Assembly: GCA_965219455.1 (NCBI GenBank)
Contig: OZ244744.1
Location: forward strand, 5,184,001 to 5,248,000
Direction of reading: 5' to 3'
Length of the DNA stretch: 64,000 nucleotides
Origin: Candidatus Latescibacterota bacterium
Lineage (GTDB): Bacteria; Latescibacterota; UBA2968; GCA-2709665
Numbering within the stretch: the stretch's first letter is position 1; each line of letters opens with the position of its first letter. The notes below the pieces were generated by a model that was not told the DNA's origin, made no database searches, and saw nothing but the letters and a program-made list of their open reading frames with translations. The translations under genes were made by a program, and so were the position numbers. Positions 9,266 through 18,664 of the stretch are shown piece after piece.

Positions 9266-10993
9266 CTAAGCTTCAGTTCTCTTGAGCTGGCGGGGGGCGA
9301 CAAAGAGGGTGAATTCATTTCGGATCGTGACGAGCCCCGGGGCGGCACCTCGGGGTTTTTGTACGTACCGGACCTCGGTGCAATTGACCGGCACGGTCCC
9401 GGAATGCCTGGCTTTGCTCCAGTAAGCAGCCAGGCTTGCTGCTTCCCTTAAAGCGTTGTCGGAGGGTTTCTCGTGTTTTCCTTCACGCTTGAGGATGACG
9501 TGTGAACCCGGGCATCCCTGGGCATGAAAAAAGAGGTCGTCTTTGGCAGAGCCTTTCGTGAGCAGGTCGTTCTCGACGTTGTTGCGGCCCACCAGAATGG
9601 TCCAGCCGTCTGAGGTCAGGTAACGTCTGGGATGCGTTTCGGAAGGGGCGTTTTTTCCGGTGGTCGCTTTCCGTTTGCGATTCTTGAGCCATCCTGTTTC
9701 TGCCAATTCGTTTCGCAGGATCGTAAGCTCATCCTGGCCGTTGGTTTGTTCAAGCCGCTCCAGGAAGGCTTCGACCCTTGCAAGTTCCGTTCTTGTGGTT
9801 TCCCGTCGCCGCGTGAGGATGGGACGCGCCTTCTCTGCCTTGCGGCTTCGTTTCAGGTAGGCGGCGGCATTCTCATGGGGCAGTTTGTTGGTCTTGAGCG
9901 GGATGGTAACAGGCGGCCCCGCCGGCTTGTACACGTCGGGAAGGGTAATGGACGCGTACCCCAGACGGATCCTGTGCAGCCCTGCCATAAGGATATGCCC
10001 GTATCTCCTGTAGAGTTCTGCTTTCTCCGAATCCTCAAGATCGGCCTGGATGCGCGCGATCTTGTTCGAAAGTGATGCGCGGCGTCGGTTCAGTTCCGTG
10101 ACCATTTCGCGCCGGTCCGCGTTGAGGTGTTGTTGGTTTTCTTGCAACTGGACAAGCCGCTCGATCGCTTCGCTGACAGATTCGCAGACGTGTTCCACGT
10201 CACCCGTCCTGTGTGGTAGACTCAGAATTCGGATGGATGGCGAGCCATCGGGAATGCTGAGTATTTCGGGTCGCTCCAAAAAGGGTGGGTGGTCAAACAC
10301 GTTTTGGATCCGGCCGACCAGATACTCGATCGCCTCGGGCGCTGCTTCCTCGATCTGTCTGACGTCCGCTTCCGCAATCAGCGATGCGGCGGTCAGGGTG
10401 TCCAGTCCGGCAACGGCATTCGCGAGGGTCCGGACGGGTTGGTCGTTCCCATGCCGGAACGCACTGGCGAGATCGGCAGGCGTGAGTTCATGGGGAGAAA
10501 TTCGATCCTGTGCGGGTGGAGGCCGATAGGGTTCGCCGGGCATAATACGCCGCTGGCGGTTCATTTTTCCGCCGACCCGGCGCAGCGCCCCCAATATCCG
10601 CAGATCCGGCTCCGAGGTCAGGATGACGTTATTGTACCGATGGATCATTTCAACGTACAGGCGATATCGGCGTTCTCCACCCAATCGGTCTCGTTTTTGC
10701 AGGGCGAATGACAGGATGCGCTCCAGAGGGATCTGAGAGATCTCCCGTATTACGCTGTTGCAAAGGTGGTGTTCGACCCACGTCGGTAGGGGCTGTACGG
10801 CCACGGGAAGGCAATGTGCCCTCTGCAGGTGGCCTGTGGTGGGCGAGGCGGAGAGCAGCAGGTGTATTCCGTCGGTTGTTTCGAGAGCCAGTTCGTACGT
10901 TCCTGAGAGGACGGCCCGTCGGATGCGTTTTCCAGGCAGGATTTCGTTCAGTTCGTGGCTCAACCGTCGCAGTGTGAAGTAGCTGAGGTTCAT
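9266..10993 (-). CDS. rqcH: NFACT/RqcH (FbpA family) ribosome quality-control protein
   Basis: ERILSF...LYVEMIHRYNNVIL NFACT-N, coiled coils, ENAAAYLKRSRKA, and NFACT-R ILVGRNNVENDLLT...FFHAQGCPGSHV...AAYWSKA...YVQKPRGAAPG. Confidence 0.9.
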   Translation of the reverse strand: MNLSYFTLRRLSHELNEILPGKRIRRAVLSGTYELALETTDGIHLLLSASPTTGHLQRAHCLPVAVQPLPTWVEHHLCNSVIREISQIPLERILSFALQKRDRLGGERRYRLYVEMIHRYNNVILTSEPDLRILGALRRVGGKMNRQRRIMPGEPYRPPPAQDRISPHELTPADLASAFRHGNDQPVRTLANAVAGLDTLTAASLIAEADVRQIEEAAPEAIEYLVGRIQNVFDHPPFLERPEILSIPDGSPSIRILSLPHRTGDVEHVCESVSEAIERLVQLQENQQHLNADRREMVTELNRRRASLSNKIARIQADLEDSEKAELYRRYGHILMAGLHRIRLGYASITLPDVYKPAGPPVTIPLKTNKLPHENAAAYLKRSRKAEKARPILTRRRETTRTELARVEAFLERLEQTNGQDELTILRNELAETGWLKNRKRKATTGKNAPSETHPRRYLTSDGWTILVGRNNVENDLLTKGSAKDDLFFHAQGCPGSHVILKREGKHEKPSDNALREAASLAAYWSKARHSGTVPVNCTEVRYVQKPRGAAPGLVTIRNEFTLFVAPRQLKRTEA

Positions 10994-11050
10994 ACGCGAA
11001 CATCCGAAAGAGAGGTCTGAAGTGTGAGGGACAGATTAACGTTGAATTCC

Positions 11051-11079
11051 TTGACAATTCTGGTAGGACCTGGTATCCT
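11051..11079 (+). promoter_or_regulatory. promoter for the ClpX-like gene
   Basis: TTGACA (11051-11056), 17 bp spacer, TATCCT (11074-11079) preceded by an extended -10 TG. Confidence 0.75.
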
Positions 11080-11142
11080 TAGACGGCCAAAGACGTGAGT
11101 CGAATGTCGATCTGAACGGCCCAAGTGTGGAGATGGTGAACG

Positions 11143-12690
11143 ATGCCGGAACAACGACCCGTGAATCCCAAGGAACTGCAGAAAGATCTGAAAGATCTTA
11201 TCGAGCAGAAGTATGGCGCTCAGGTTGTGTTTCCACAGGCGGAGGCCGACGGAAGCAATGAAGGTCCGCGTACGCAGGAAGCGCAGGATGAGACGATTGA
11301 GTTTGACCTGAAGCCGGAGGAACTCGAGGCCTTTCTTGATGAATACGTGATCAAGCAGGACGAGGCCAAGGAAGTGCTCGCCACCAAGATCTGCACCCAC
11401 TTCAACCGGATGAAGCTGGATCGCGAAGATCCTGAATTCGAACATCGCTCCGTGGGAAACATCAAGAACAACATTCTGCTGATCGGTCCGACGGGGGTGG
11501 GCAAGACCTATCTCATAAAATTGATCGCCCATCGTATCGGTGTTCCCTTTGTGAAGGGCGACGCAACCAAGTTCAGTGAAACCGGATACGTGGGCGGCGA
11601 TGTCGAAGACTTGGTGCGTGAATTGGTGCGCGAGGCCGGCGGCAGCATTGAGAAAGCACAGTATGGTATCATCTACGTAGATGAGATCGACAAGATCGCT
11701 TCAACCCCCAACCTGGTGGGCCCGGACGTTTCGCGAAGCGGCGTTCAGCGTAACCTGCTCAAGCTGATGGAAGAGACCGAGGTGGACCTGAAGGCGCCTC
11801 ATGATATGGCTTCGCAGATGGAAGCCATGATGCAATATCAGCAAAGCGGCAAGATGGAGCGCAAGAAAATCAATACACGAAACATCCTCTTCATCGTAAG
11901 CGGGGCGTTCAACGGATTCGAGGATCTGGTCAAACGCCGTCTCAATCGAAACAGCCTTGGATTCAAGGCCGAAACGGAGCGGGCGCAGAACCATGAAGCG
12001 GACCGCGTGTCCTATCTGAAGCAGGCGATGACGGAAGACCTCATCGCGTTCGGTTTCGAGTCTGAATTCGTGGGGCGCCTGCCGGTCGTGGCCGTGCTCG
12101 AGCCGCTTTCCGTTGAGGATTTATATCAGATTCTGAAGAGTCCGACCAGTTCGGTCATTCTTGGAAAGACACGGGATTTCCTGGCCTACGGGATTGAATT
12201 GAGCTTCGAGGACGCCGCGCTACGCGTGCTGGCCGAACAGGCGTCCACGGAACAGACGGGCGCGCGTGCGCTGGTGAGTATGTGTGAACGGGCGTTGTTG
12301 AAGTTTGAAAAAGCGCTACCGTCAACCGACATCCGTTCGTTTACCGTTACCGCCGATGTTGTGGAAAACCCGACACTGGAGTTGCGCCAGTTGCTTGTTC
12401 ATCGGGATATCTCTTCTTATACGGCGCATTTTCTGAATACGTATGAAATTTCGTTAACGTTTTCGGATGCGGCAAAGGCCGTTTTGGCCGAAACCGCCGC
12501 CCTCGACGGCGTTTCGGTTGAGGCGCTCTGCCATGCACGATTCGACGATTACGGGCACGGCCTGAAGCTGGTGGGCAAGTCCGAGTTTGCGATCGACAAA
12601 GATGCGGCAGAAAACGCCAAAGTACATATGGATCGGATGGTCAAAGCCTACTACAGCACAATTGGAGAAAAATCAGTGCGGACGCAATAA
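11143..12690 (+). CDS. ClpX-like AAA+ ATPase lacking the N-terminal zinc finger
   Basis: LDEYVIKQDEAK, GPTGVGKT, DATKFSETGYVGGDVE, YVDEIDKI, LGF loop, EFVGRLP, TGARAL. Confidence 0.85.
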   Translation: MPEQRPVNPKELQKDLKDLIEQKYGAQVVFPQAEADGSNEGPRTQEAQDETIEFDLKPEELEAFLDEYVIKQDEAKEVLATKICTHFNRMKLDREDPEFEHRSVGNIKNNILLIGPTGVGKTYLIKLIAHRIGVPFVKGDATKFSETGYVGGDVEDLVRELVREAGGSIEKAQYGIIYVDEIDKIASTPNLVGPDVSRSGVQRNLLKLMEETEVDLKAPHDMASQMEAMMQYQQSGKMERKKINTRNILFIVSGAFNGFEDLVKRRLNRNSLGFKAETERAQNHEADRVSYLKQAMTEDLIAFGFESEFVGRLPVVAVLEPLSVEDLYQILKSPTSSVILGKTRDFLAYGIELSFEDAALRVLAEQASTEQTGARALVSMCERALLKFEKALPSTDIRSFTVTADVVENPTLELRQLLVHRDISSYTAHFLNTYEISLTFSDAAKAVLAETAALDGVSVEALCHARFDDYGHGLKLVGKSEFAIDKDAAENAKVHMDRMVKAYYSTIGEKSVRTQ

Positions 12691-12693
12691 CCA

Positions 12694-13608
12694 TCAGGTG
12701 CTGTCTACCAGCGCGAGTTTTACGATGCCGTCGTTCTTCACGAGCAATTGACGGGCCGTCTCCTTTGAGACGGCCCGTTTTGACATCACAATGGCGGTCT
12801 TGAGGTCGCCGGCCGCAGCGAGCAGCCGGCTACTGTCTTCGCGGGGGAGCCCTGTCGTTTCCATCAGGATCCGCTGGGCGCGGTCATTCAGTTTTGCGCA
12901 GGTGGGTGCCAGGTCCACCATCAGATTGCCATATACCTTGCCCAGCCTGACCATGGCTGCTGTCGTGATCATATTCAGCACGAGTTTGGTGGCAGTACCG
13001 GCCTTCAGGCGTGTGGATCCGGTGATCGCTTCCGGGCCGACTTCCGGCACAATCCTGATATTCGCGTCGACCCGGCCCGCCGCTGCCGGGTTGCAGGTGA
13101 AAAAGAGGGTCGCCGCGCCCTTGCGACGGGCGTAGGTGAGCGCGCCCAGCACAAAAGGTGTAACTCCGCTGGCGGCGATACCCATGACAACATCCCGCGC
13201 CGACAGATGTCGGCGGCGGAGTTCGGACGCGGCGTCTTCCGGCCGGTCCTCGGCGCGTTCCGCTGCACGGAGAAGCGCGCCGCCACCACCCGCGACAATG
13301 CCCTGTACCATTTCAGGCGGGGTTCCGAACGTGGGCGGGCACTCGGCGGCATCCATGACACCGAGCCGGCCACTGGTTCCGGCACCGACATAGAAAAGCC
13401 GCCCGCCGTTCCTCAGCGCACGGACCACGAGGTCGACGGCCTCCGAGACCTGCGATAAGACGGCATTCACCGCCAGCGGGACCCTGTGGTCTTCCGCGTT
13501 GAGGATCTCGAGGATTCGCTGCGTGGATGCCTCGTCGATACGCGCGCTGTCGGGATTTCGTTGTTCGGTTACCAGCGAAGCCCATTTGGATGCGTTGACA
13601 TCCGCCAT
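12694..13608 (-). CDS. murQ: N-acetylmuramic acid 6-phosphate etherase
   Basis: TEQRNP, YVGAGTSGRLGVMDAAECPPTFG, GPEAITGSTRLKAGTATKLVLN, GKVYGNLMVD. Confidence 0.97.
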   Translation of the reverse strand: MADVNASKWASLVTEQRNPDSARIDEASTQRILEILNAEDHRVPLAVNAVLSQVSEAVDLVVRALRNGGRLFYVGAGTSGRLGVMDAAECPPTFGTPPEMVQGIVAGGGGALLRAAERAEDRPEDAASELRRRHLSARDVVMGIAASGVTPFVLGALTYARRKGAATLFFTCNPAAAGRVDANIRIVPEVGPEAITGSTRLKAGTATKLVLNMITTAAMVRLGKVYGNLMVDLAPTCAKLNDRAQRILMETTGLPREDSSRLLAAAGDLKTAIVMSKRAVSKETARQLLVKNDGIVKLALVDST

Positions 13609-13612
13609 TCAC

Positions 13613-16375
13613 TTATTTTCCCTCTGTCTCCGCGTTTTTCCGCAGTTGTTGAAGGGTCTTCCGCAGGCTTTCAACGGCTTCACCGTAACCCGAGAAGTCG
13701 CCCTCTCGAAGTCGGGACTGCGCCGTGTCGAACTGCTTGAGGGCGGTTTGGCTCAATATTCGTAAACCCGTCGTCGTTGTCGCAGGGTTGTGCCCGAGGT
13801 CCGGGACGGTTCCGTGACTTTCGAAGGCCAGGTTCAACGCCTCTTCGAGGTCTTCGGCCATTGCGAGTCTATCGCCGTGCGCCACCAATACCCGCTTCAG
13901 TTCGGGCATACCGCTCTGGGTGGCCCTCAGATAGAGAGGTTCAACGTAGATGAAGCCTTTTTCGATGGGAACGACGAGAAGGTTGCCACGGAGCACGTCC
14001 GAACCCCTCTGGCTCCAGAGCGTAATTTCCCGTGAGACATCCGTATCCTGATCGATACGGCGTTCGATCAGCATGGGTCCGTAAATAAGCTTTTTTTTGG
14101 GCAGCTTGTAAACCATAAGCCGGCCATAGTTGGGGCCGTCGCATCTGGCAAGGAGCCACGCGATCATGTTGGCTTTTCCGGCTGGGGTGGCTGGCAGCAT
14201 CAACACAAATTCCTCTCGCTCCGCGTCCGGCAATTTGACGATGATGTAATAAGGCGCCATAACCCGGGGACGTTCGGAAACCCCGTAAATTTCCGTGGCC
14301 GGTTCCCAGACGTCTTCACGGTTGTAAAATACCTGAGGTGAGGCCATATGGTAAGTGTTGTAGAGAGAAGCCTGGATTTCAAACAGGTCTGCAGGGTATC
14401 GAACATGGGCGCGCAGTGCCTCCGGCATGTCCTCCTTTGACCGATAGAGATCCGGGAAAATTTCCATGTAGGATCGGATGAGCGGATCGTCCGGATCCCA
14501 CACGTAGAACGTGACGGTACCATCATAGGCATCGAGGGTAGCCTTGACGGCGTTGCGGATGTAATTGGCTTCTCGCACATAGGGCCTGCCGTAAGGCTCG
14601 GCGTAGGGGTACATGTTGCTTTCCGTATAGGCGTCCTGTACCCAGACAAGTCGTCCGTTCACCGTGACGAGATAGGGGTCTTTGTCGAAACGGAGATATG
14701 GCGCCAGTTTCTGGAAACGCCTGGGGCCTTCGTCTCGAAAACGACGACCGATGTGCCGGTCGAATTGTATTCGGCTTTCGGGCTTCAGGTTCTTCGTGAC
14801 CAGCAGATACGGATCGCCAAAGCGCAGAGCGAACAGGAGCCGGCGCAAGAACGTGTTAACGGGCACGCCGCCGGTTCCGCGGTAGGTGGTGTAGGCGTTT
14901 TCGTCGCCACGAGGGTAGTCGAATTCCTCTGTTCTGGTGTTGACAATCACGTAGTCCTGCTTGGCTTCGCCATAATAGATCTCCGGGCGACCGACCTGGA
15001 TGTCCACTGACGGGCTCGGCGGAATGTCTTTGACATAGAATTCAGGAAGACCCTCTGCGCCGACTTTACTTGCCGGGCTCATGCAGAAGCCGTAACCGTG
15101 GGTGTAGACCAGGTGGCGGTTGACCCAGGTTTCCCCCTGAATTGCCAGCTGTTCTCGTGAGAATTCGCGGGCGGCCACCATCACTTGCTGGTACTCGCCG
15201 TTTATGGAATAGCGGTCCACGTCGATATTGCCGAAACGATAATAGGAACGAATTTCCTGAAGTTGGCTGTAGGTGGCGATCAGGGGCCGGCGGTCCCAGA
15301 GGGGGATGTTGCGGATGGTGGGCAGATTGTTCCGGATATCCTCGAAATCCAGATCGGCCTCCACCGGAAACGGGACTTCTTCGATTCGATCCAGCCCGTA
15401 CGCTCTCTGCGTGTGTTCGATAGTCCTGCGAATGTAGGGTTCTTCAAGTCTCAATTCGTCGGGTTTGACCACGAATTGATCAAATAGAATTGGAAAAAGC
15501 CAGCTGAGCAGAAGAATTGCCGAGAAATAAGCGCTGCCGCCATATGCGATCGGCCACCATTTCCTGTCGCGAAGGTTGTACATCAGCAGAGCGCCGAGAA
15601 GGATAGAGAGGACCATCATCAACCGGTAGGCGAATATCTGCACATGGACGTCGGTATATCCAGCGCCGAAAAAGGCGTCTTTGCGAAAGGAATAGAGAAT
15701 TTCGTATTCCTTGAGCCAGTACCACCAGGCGCAGACGAACGCGAGAATTGCCGTCAGGACCGACAGGTGGGCGCGGACAAACGGGGTGGATGACCAGCCT
15801 CGTTTTTCTTTGCGCAGTGCACGGTCCTGGTGATAGGAGAAGCTGACGAGGATGATGGTGAGGATAACGGCGAATGCCAACCAGCCTTGCACAAAGTTGT
15901 AGGCGGGGAGGCTGAAGAAGTAAAAGCTGAGATCGTTGTCGAAGACAGGGTCGGTGAATCCGAATGGAATGGGATAGAAGTAGCGCAGCAATGGCATCCA
16001 CGCCGCAGCGCCGATCAGGCCGACAGCGCCCGTTAACAGGGCTATTGTGCCGGACCAGAGGAGCAACTGACGCTTACGTCGTTCCGGCAGCACCGGTTCG
16101 TCGTCCGCAACAATGACCTCAAGAGGCATCTCACGGGTGTGTCGGCCATACTTGCGAGCAATGCAGATGTTGACCGCCGCCATGACCGCAAAGGTGGTTC
16201 CAAAAGCGACAAGGGCAAGAAGGCGGGCGAGGGCTGTGGTGACGAGAACGGATCCGAAGCCGAGATTCTGAAACCAGAGCCAGTCGGTATAAAAGAAGAC
16301 AATCAGGCGAAGGCCCGTGTATCCCAGAAGCAATCCGGCAACGGGAAGAAGAAACTTGAGAACTCGTTTTGACAT
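13613..16375 (-). CDS. UPF0182 family membrane protein
   Basis: TDWLWFQNLG, DPVFDNDLSFYFFSLP, GAGYTDVH, DVDRY, WVNRHLVYTHGYG, NYIRNAVKA; start placed at the ATG at 16375. Confidence 0.92.
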   Translation of the reverse strand: MSKRVLKFLLPVAGLLLGYTGLRLIVFFYTDWLWFQNLGFGSVLVTTALARLLALVAFGTTFAVMAAVNICIARKYGRHTREMPLEVIVADDEPVLPERRKRQLLLWSGTIALLTGAVGLIGAAAWMPLLRYFYPIPFGFTDPVFDNDLSFYFFSLPAYNFVQGWLAFAVILTIILVSFSYHQDRALRKEKRGWSSTPFVRAHLSVLTAILAFVCAWWYWLKEYEILYSFRKDAFFGAGYTDVHVQIFAYRLMMVLSILLGALLMYNLRDRKWWPIAYGGSAYFSAILLLSWLFPILFDQFVVKPDELRLEEPYIRRTIEHTQRAYGLDRIEEVPFPVEADLDFEDIRNNLPTIRNIPLWDRRPLIATYSQLQEIRSYYRFGNIDVDRYSINGEYQQVMVAAREFSREQLAIQGETWVNRHLVYTHGYGFCMSPASKVGAEGLPEFYVKDIPPSPSVDIQVGRPEIYYGEAKQDYVIVNTRTEEFDYPRGDENAYTTYRGTGGVPVNTFLRRLLFALRFGDPYLLVTKNLKPESRIQFDRHIGRRFRDEGPRRFQKLAPYLRFDKDPYLVTVNGRLVWVQDAYTESNMYPYAEPYGRPYVREANYIRNAVKATLDAYDGTVTFYVWDPDDPLIRSYMEIFPDLYRSKEDMPEALRAHVRYPADLFEIQASLYNTYHMASPQVFYNREDVWEPATEIYGVSERPRVMAPYYIIVKLPDAEREEFVLMLPATPAGKANMIAWLLARCDGPNYGRLMVYKLPKKKLIYGPMLIERRIDQDTDVSREITLWSQRGSDVLRGNLLVVPIEKGFIYVEPLYLRATQSGMPELKRVLVAHGDRLAMAEDLEEALNLAFESHGTVPDLGHNPATTTTGLRILSQTALKQFDTAQSRLREGDFSGYGEAVESLRKTLQQLRKNAETEGK

Positions 16376-16493
16376 GGTTTGTGGTTGTGTCTTCGTTAAG
16401 GAGGAAACTTTCTCTAGCTTATGAAATATAAGCAGGATAAATAATCCGAACAAGCGGATTCTCCCGGAAACGGGAGCCAACGCTGGAAAACCC

Positions 16494-16521
16494 TTGACAA
16501 TTTTCGCAAGGATGATATCAT
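16494..16521 (+). promoter_or_regulatory. promoter for the KamA-family gene
   Basis: TTGACA (16494-16499), 16 bp spacer, TATCAT (16516-16521) preceded by an extended -10 TG. Confidence 0.6.
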
Positions 16522-16701
16522 ATGTTGCTCTGAAAGTTTCTCGGCGCGTGGAGCATCCGTGGAGGAGCGAGACGCAACGTGCATCCGTGTTATTTGACGA
16601 CAACAGTCGTCTGAATTACATCGCTACCCCGCCAGAATAAGATATTCCGCTGAGACAGATGTGTCATTTGAACACCCTAACCGAAAGGGTTAGCGTCAGG
16701 T

Positions 16702-18069
16702 ATGGAAACCGCAGGCGTCGATGTTGCCGACGGGGCTATGGCAGACGTGGCTGAAATGGAGGCTGCATTTGCACATCGCCGGTTACGCAGGGATGCGTTC
16801 TGGAAGTCGATCCCGGCATACGCGAATGTGGACGCAGAAACGTTTCACTCACACCATTTTCAAGCCCGAAATTCACCAACGAGCGTGGAGAGTCTGCTAG
16901 AAGTCCTTGGCGGACTCGTCGGGCCGGGCTTTTACGAAGACTTGCGCGACGGGTTACGTTGGGCTCCGATGAGCATACGGATTTCGCCTTATATCCTGAG
17001 CCTGATTGACTGGAATGATCCGTACGAGGATCCGCTGCGGACCCAGTTTTTGCCTTTGGCCTCGCAGCAGTTGCCGGATCACCCCGAGCTTTACCTGGAT
17101 TCACTGAACGAACAGGGCGATTCTCCCGTTCCCGGGCTTACCCACCGATATCCCGACAGGGCACTTTTTCTAACGTTGGATACCTGTCCGGTCTACTGCC
17201 GTTTCTGCACGCGCAGCTACGCCGTGGGGCTCGATACGGATGGCGTGGAAAAGGTGCATCTGAGCGCCAATAAGAGACGCTGGAGTCAGGTGTTCGATTA
17301 CTTGAGGTCGCGCCCCGAGGTTGAAGATGTCGTGGTCAGCGGCGGCGACGTATACAATCTCAGGGCGGCGCAGATCCGGGAGGTGGGCGAAACCCTGTTG
17401 GACATATCGCATATTCGGCGGTTTCGATTCGCTACCAAGGGTCCTGCGGTCATGCCGGGGAAGATCTTGAGCGATGTCGAATGGGTGGATGCGCTCGTAG
17501 GTGTGGTGGACAGGGGGCGCATAATGCACAAGGAAGTTGTAATGCATACCCATTTCAACCATCCCAATGAAATAACCGGCGTCACGCAGGATGCGATGGA
17601 ACTGCTGATGGAGCGGGGCGTAACGGTACGGAATCAGGCCGTGCTTCAGCGAGGCGTTAACGACGACGCGCTGACAATGCAGCAACTGGTGAAGCGGTTG
17701 AGTTACCTGAATGTACAGCCCTATTATGTATTTTTCCACGATCTGGTGCAAGGGGTCGAGGATCTGCGGACAACGCTGCGCGCCGGTCTTGAAATTGAGA
17801 AGACCCTCCGGGGTACGACGTCCGGATTCAACACGCCAACATTCATTGTGGACACATTGGGCGGCGGCGGAAAGCGAGACGGGCATTCCTACGAACACTA
17901 CAATGAAGATACGGGCATTGCGGTATTTTCGAGTCCCACCGTGCGGCCAGGAGAGCTTTTTTTCTATTTTGATCCCATCGACTGTCTGGCGCCCGATATT
18001 CAAAAGCGCTGGATGGATTCAAATGAAAAACAGTCGATGATGGATGAAGCACTTGCGGTGGTCCGGTAG
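16702..18069 (+). CDS. KamA family radical SAM aminomutase (lysine 2,3-aminomutase-like)
   Basis: GLTHRYPDR, CPVYCRFC (CxxxCxxC), VVSGGD, HTHFNHPNE, GGGGK PLP-lysine motif. Confidence 0.9.
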   Translation: METAGVDVADGAMADVAEMEAAFAHRRLRRDAFWKSIPAYANVDAETFHSHHFQARNSPTSVESLLEVLGGLVGPGFYEDLRDGLRWAPMSIRISPYILSLIDWNDPYEDPLRTQFLPLASQQLPDHPELYLDSLNEQGDSPVPGLTHRYPDRALFLTLDTCPVYCRFCTRSYAVGLDTDGVEKVHLSANKRRWSQVFDYLRSRPEVEDVVVSGGDVYNLRAAQIREVGETLLDISHIRRFRFATKGPAVMPGKILSDVEWVDALVGVVDRGRIMHKEVVMHTHFNHPNEITGVTQDAMELLMERGVTVRNQAVLQRGVNDDALTMQQLVKRLSYLNVQPYYVFFHDLVQGVEDLRTTLRAGLEIEKTLRGTTSGFNTPTFIVDTLGGGGKRDGHSYEHYNEDTGIAVFSSPTVRPGELFFYFDPIDCLAPDIQKRWMDSNEKQSMMDEALAVVR

Positions 18070-18634
18070 CGTTCTGTCTGGTTGCGCCGGTTGACATCGA
18101 GGACGCGGACATGGCCGTCCAGGCGGCGGAAAGGATGATTCGCACCCACGGGGTTGTCGTACTCATTGGTCCCAATCGCTCGACCCATGCGGTGGCGGTG
18201 GGCACAGTCGCAAAACGCATCCGGAGAGCCAGCGATCTTTCTCGGGGCCGACGCGTGGGACAATCCGGCGCTTCTGACGGGTGCGACCGCTGAGGTGGAG
18301 GGAAGGCTACTTCAGCGGTCACTTTTCATCCCATACGGACGAACCGGGCGCACGGGCGTTTATCGATGCCTACGAAGCCGCCTACGGGACCGTGCCCGGG
18401 GGTGGAGACGCGGTGAGTTACGATGCGGTCAAGCTGTTTCTGGAGGCGGTGGACCGGGCGGGAAGATTCGATGCCGAGGCGATACGAGACGAGTTGGCGG
18501 CAACACGGGACTTTTCGGGTGCAACGCGCATCGCAAGTTACAACGAAAGCCGTCATCCAACCAAAAGCGCGGTAATCCTGACCATCAGGAACGGCGAGAT
18601 ACGGTTTTTCAAGGAGATTGATCCGGGTCAGTAA
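18070..18634 (+). pseudogene. fragmented LivJ/LivK-type branched-chain amino acid binding protein
   Basis: Three ORF pieces in two alternating frames each resemble part of the family: AAERMIRTHGVVVLIGPNRS; FLGADAWD; GYFSGHFS...FIDAYEAAYG...YDAVKLFLEAVDRAG...DFSGAT. No signal peptide; the middle is missing. Confidence 0.75.
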
Positions 18635-18664
18635 CGTAATGACGGCGTCCGGCGCCCGACATTC

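Noticed and set aside
16376-16603. N-terminal extension of the UPF0182 ORF in the track
   Set aside because: Overlaps the AT-rich divergent promoter region; the family-like sequence begins at the ATG at 16375.
16522-16701. Lysine or SAM riboswitch before the KamA-family gene
   Set aside because: Consensus elements of these riboswitches were not found by eye.
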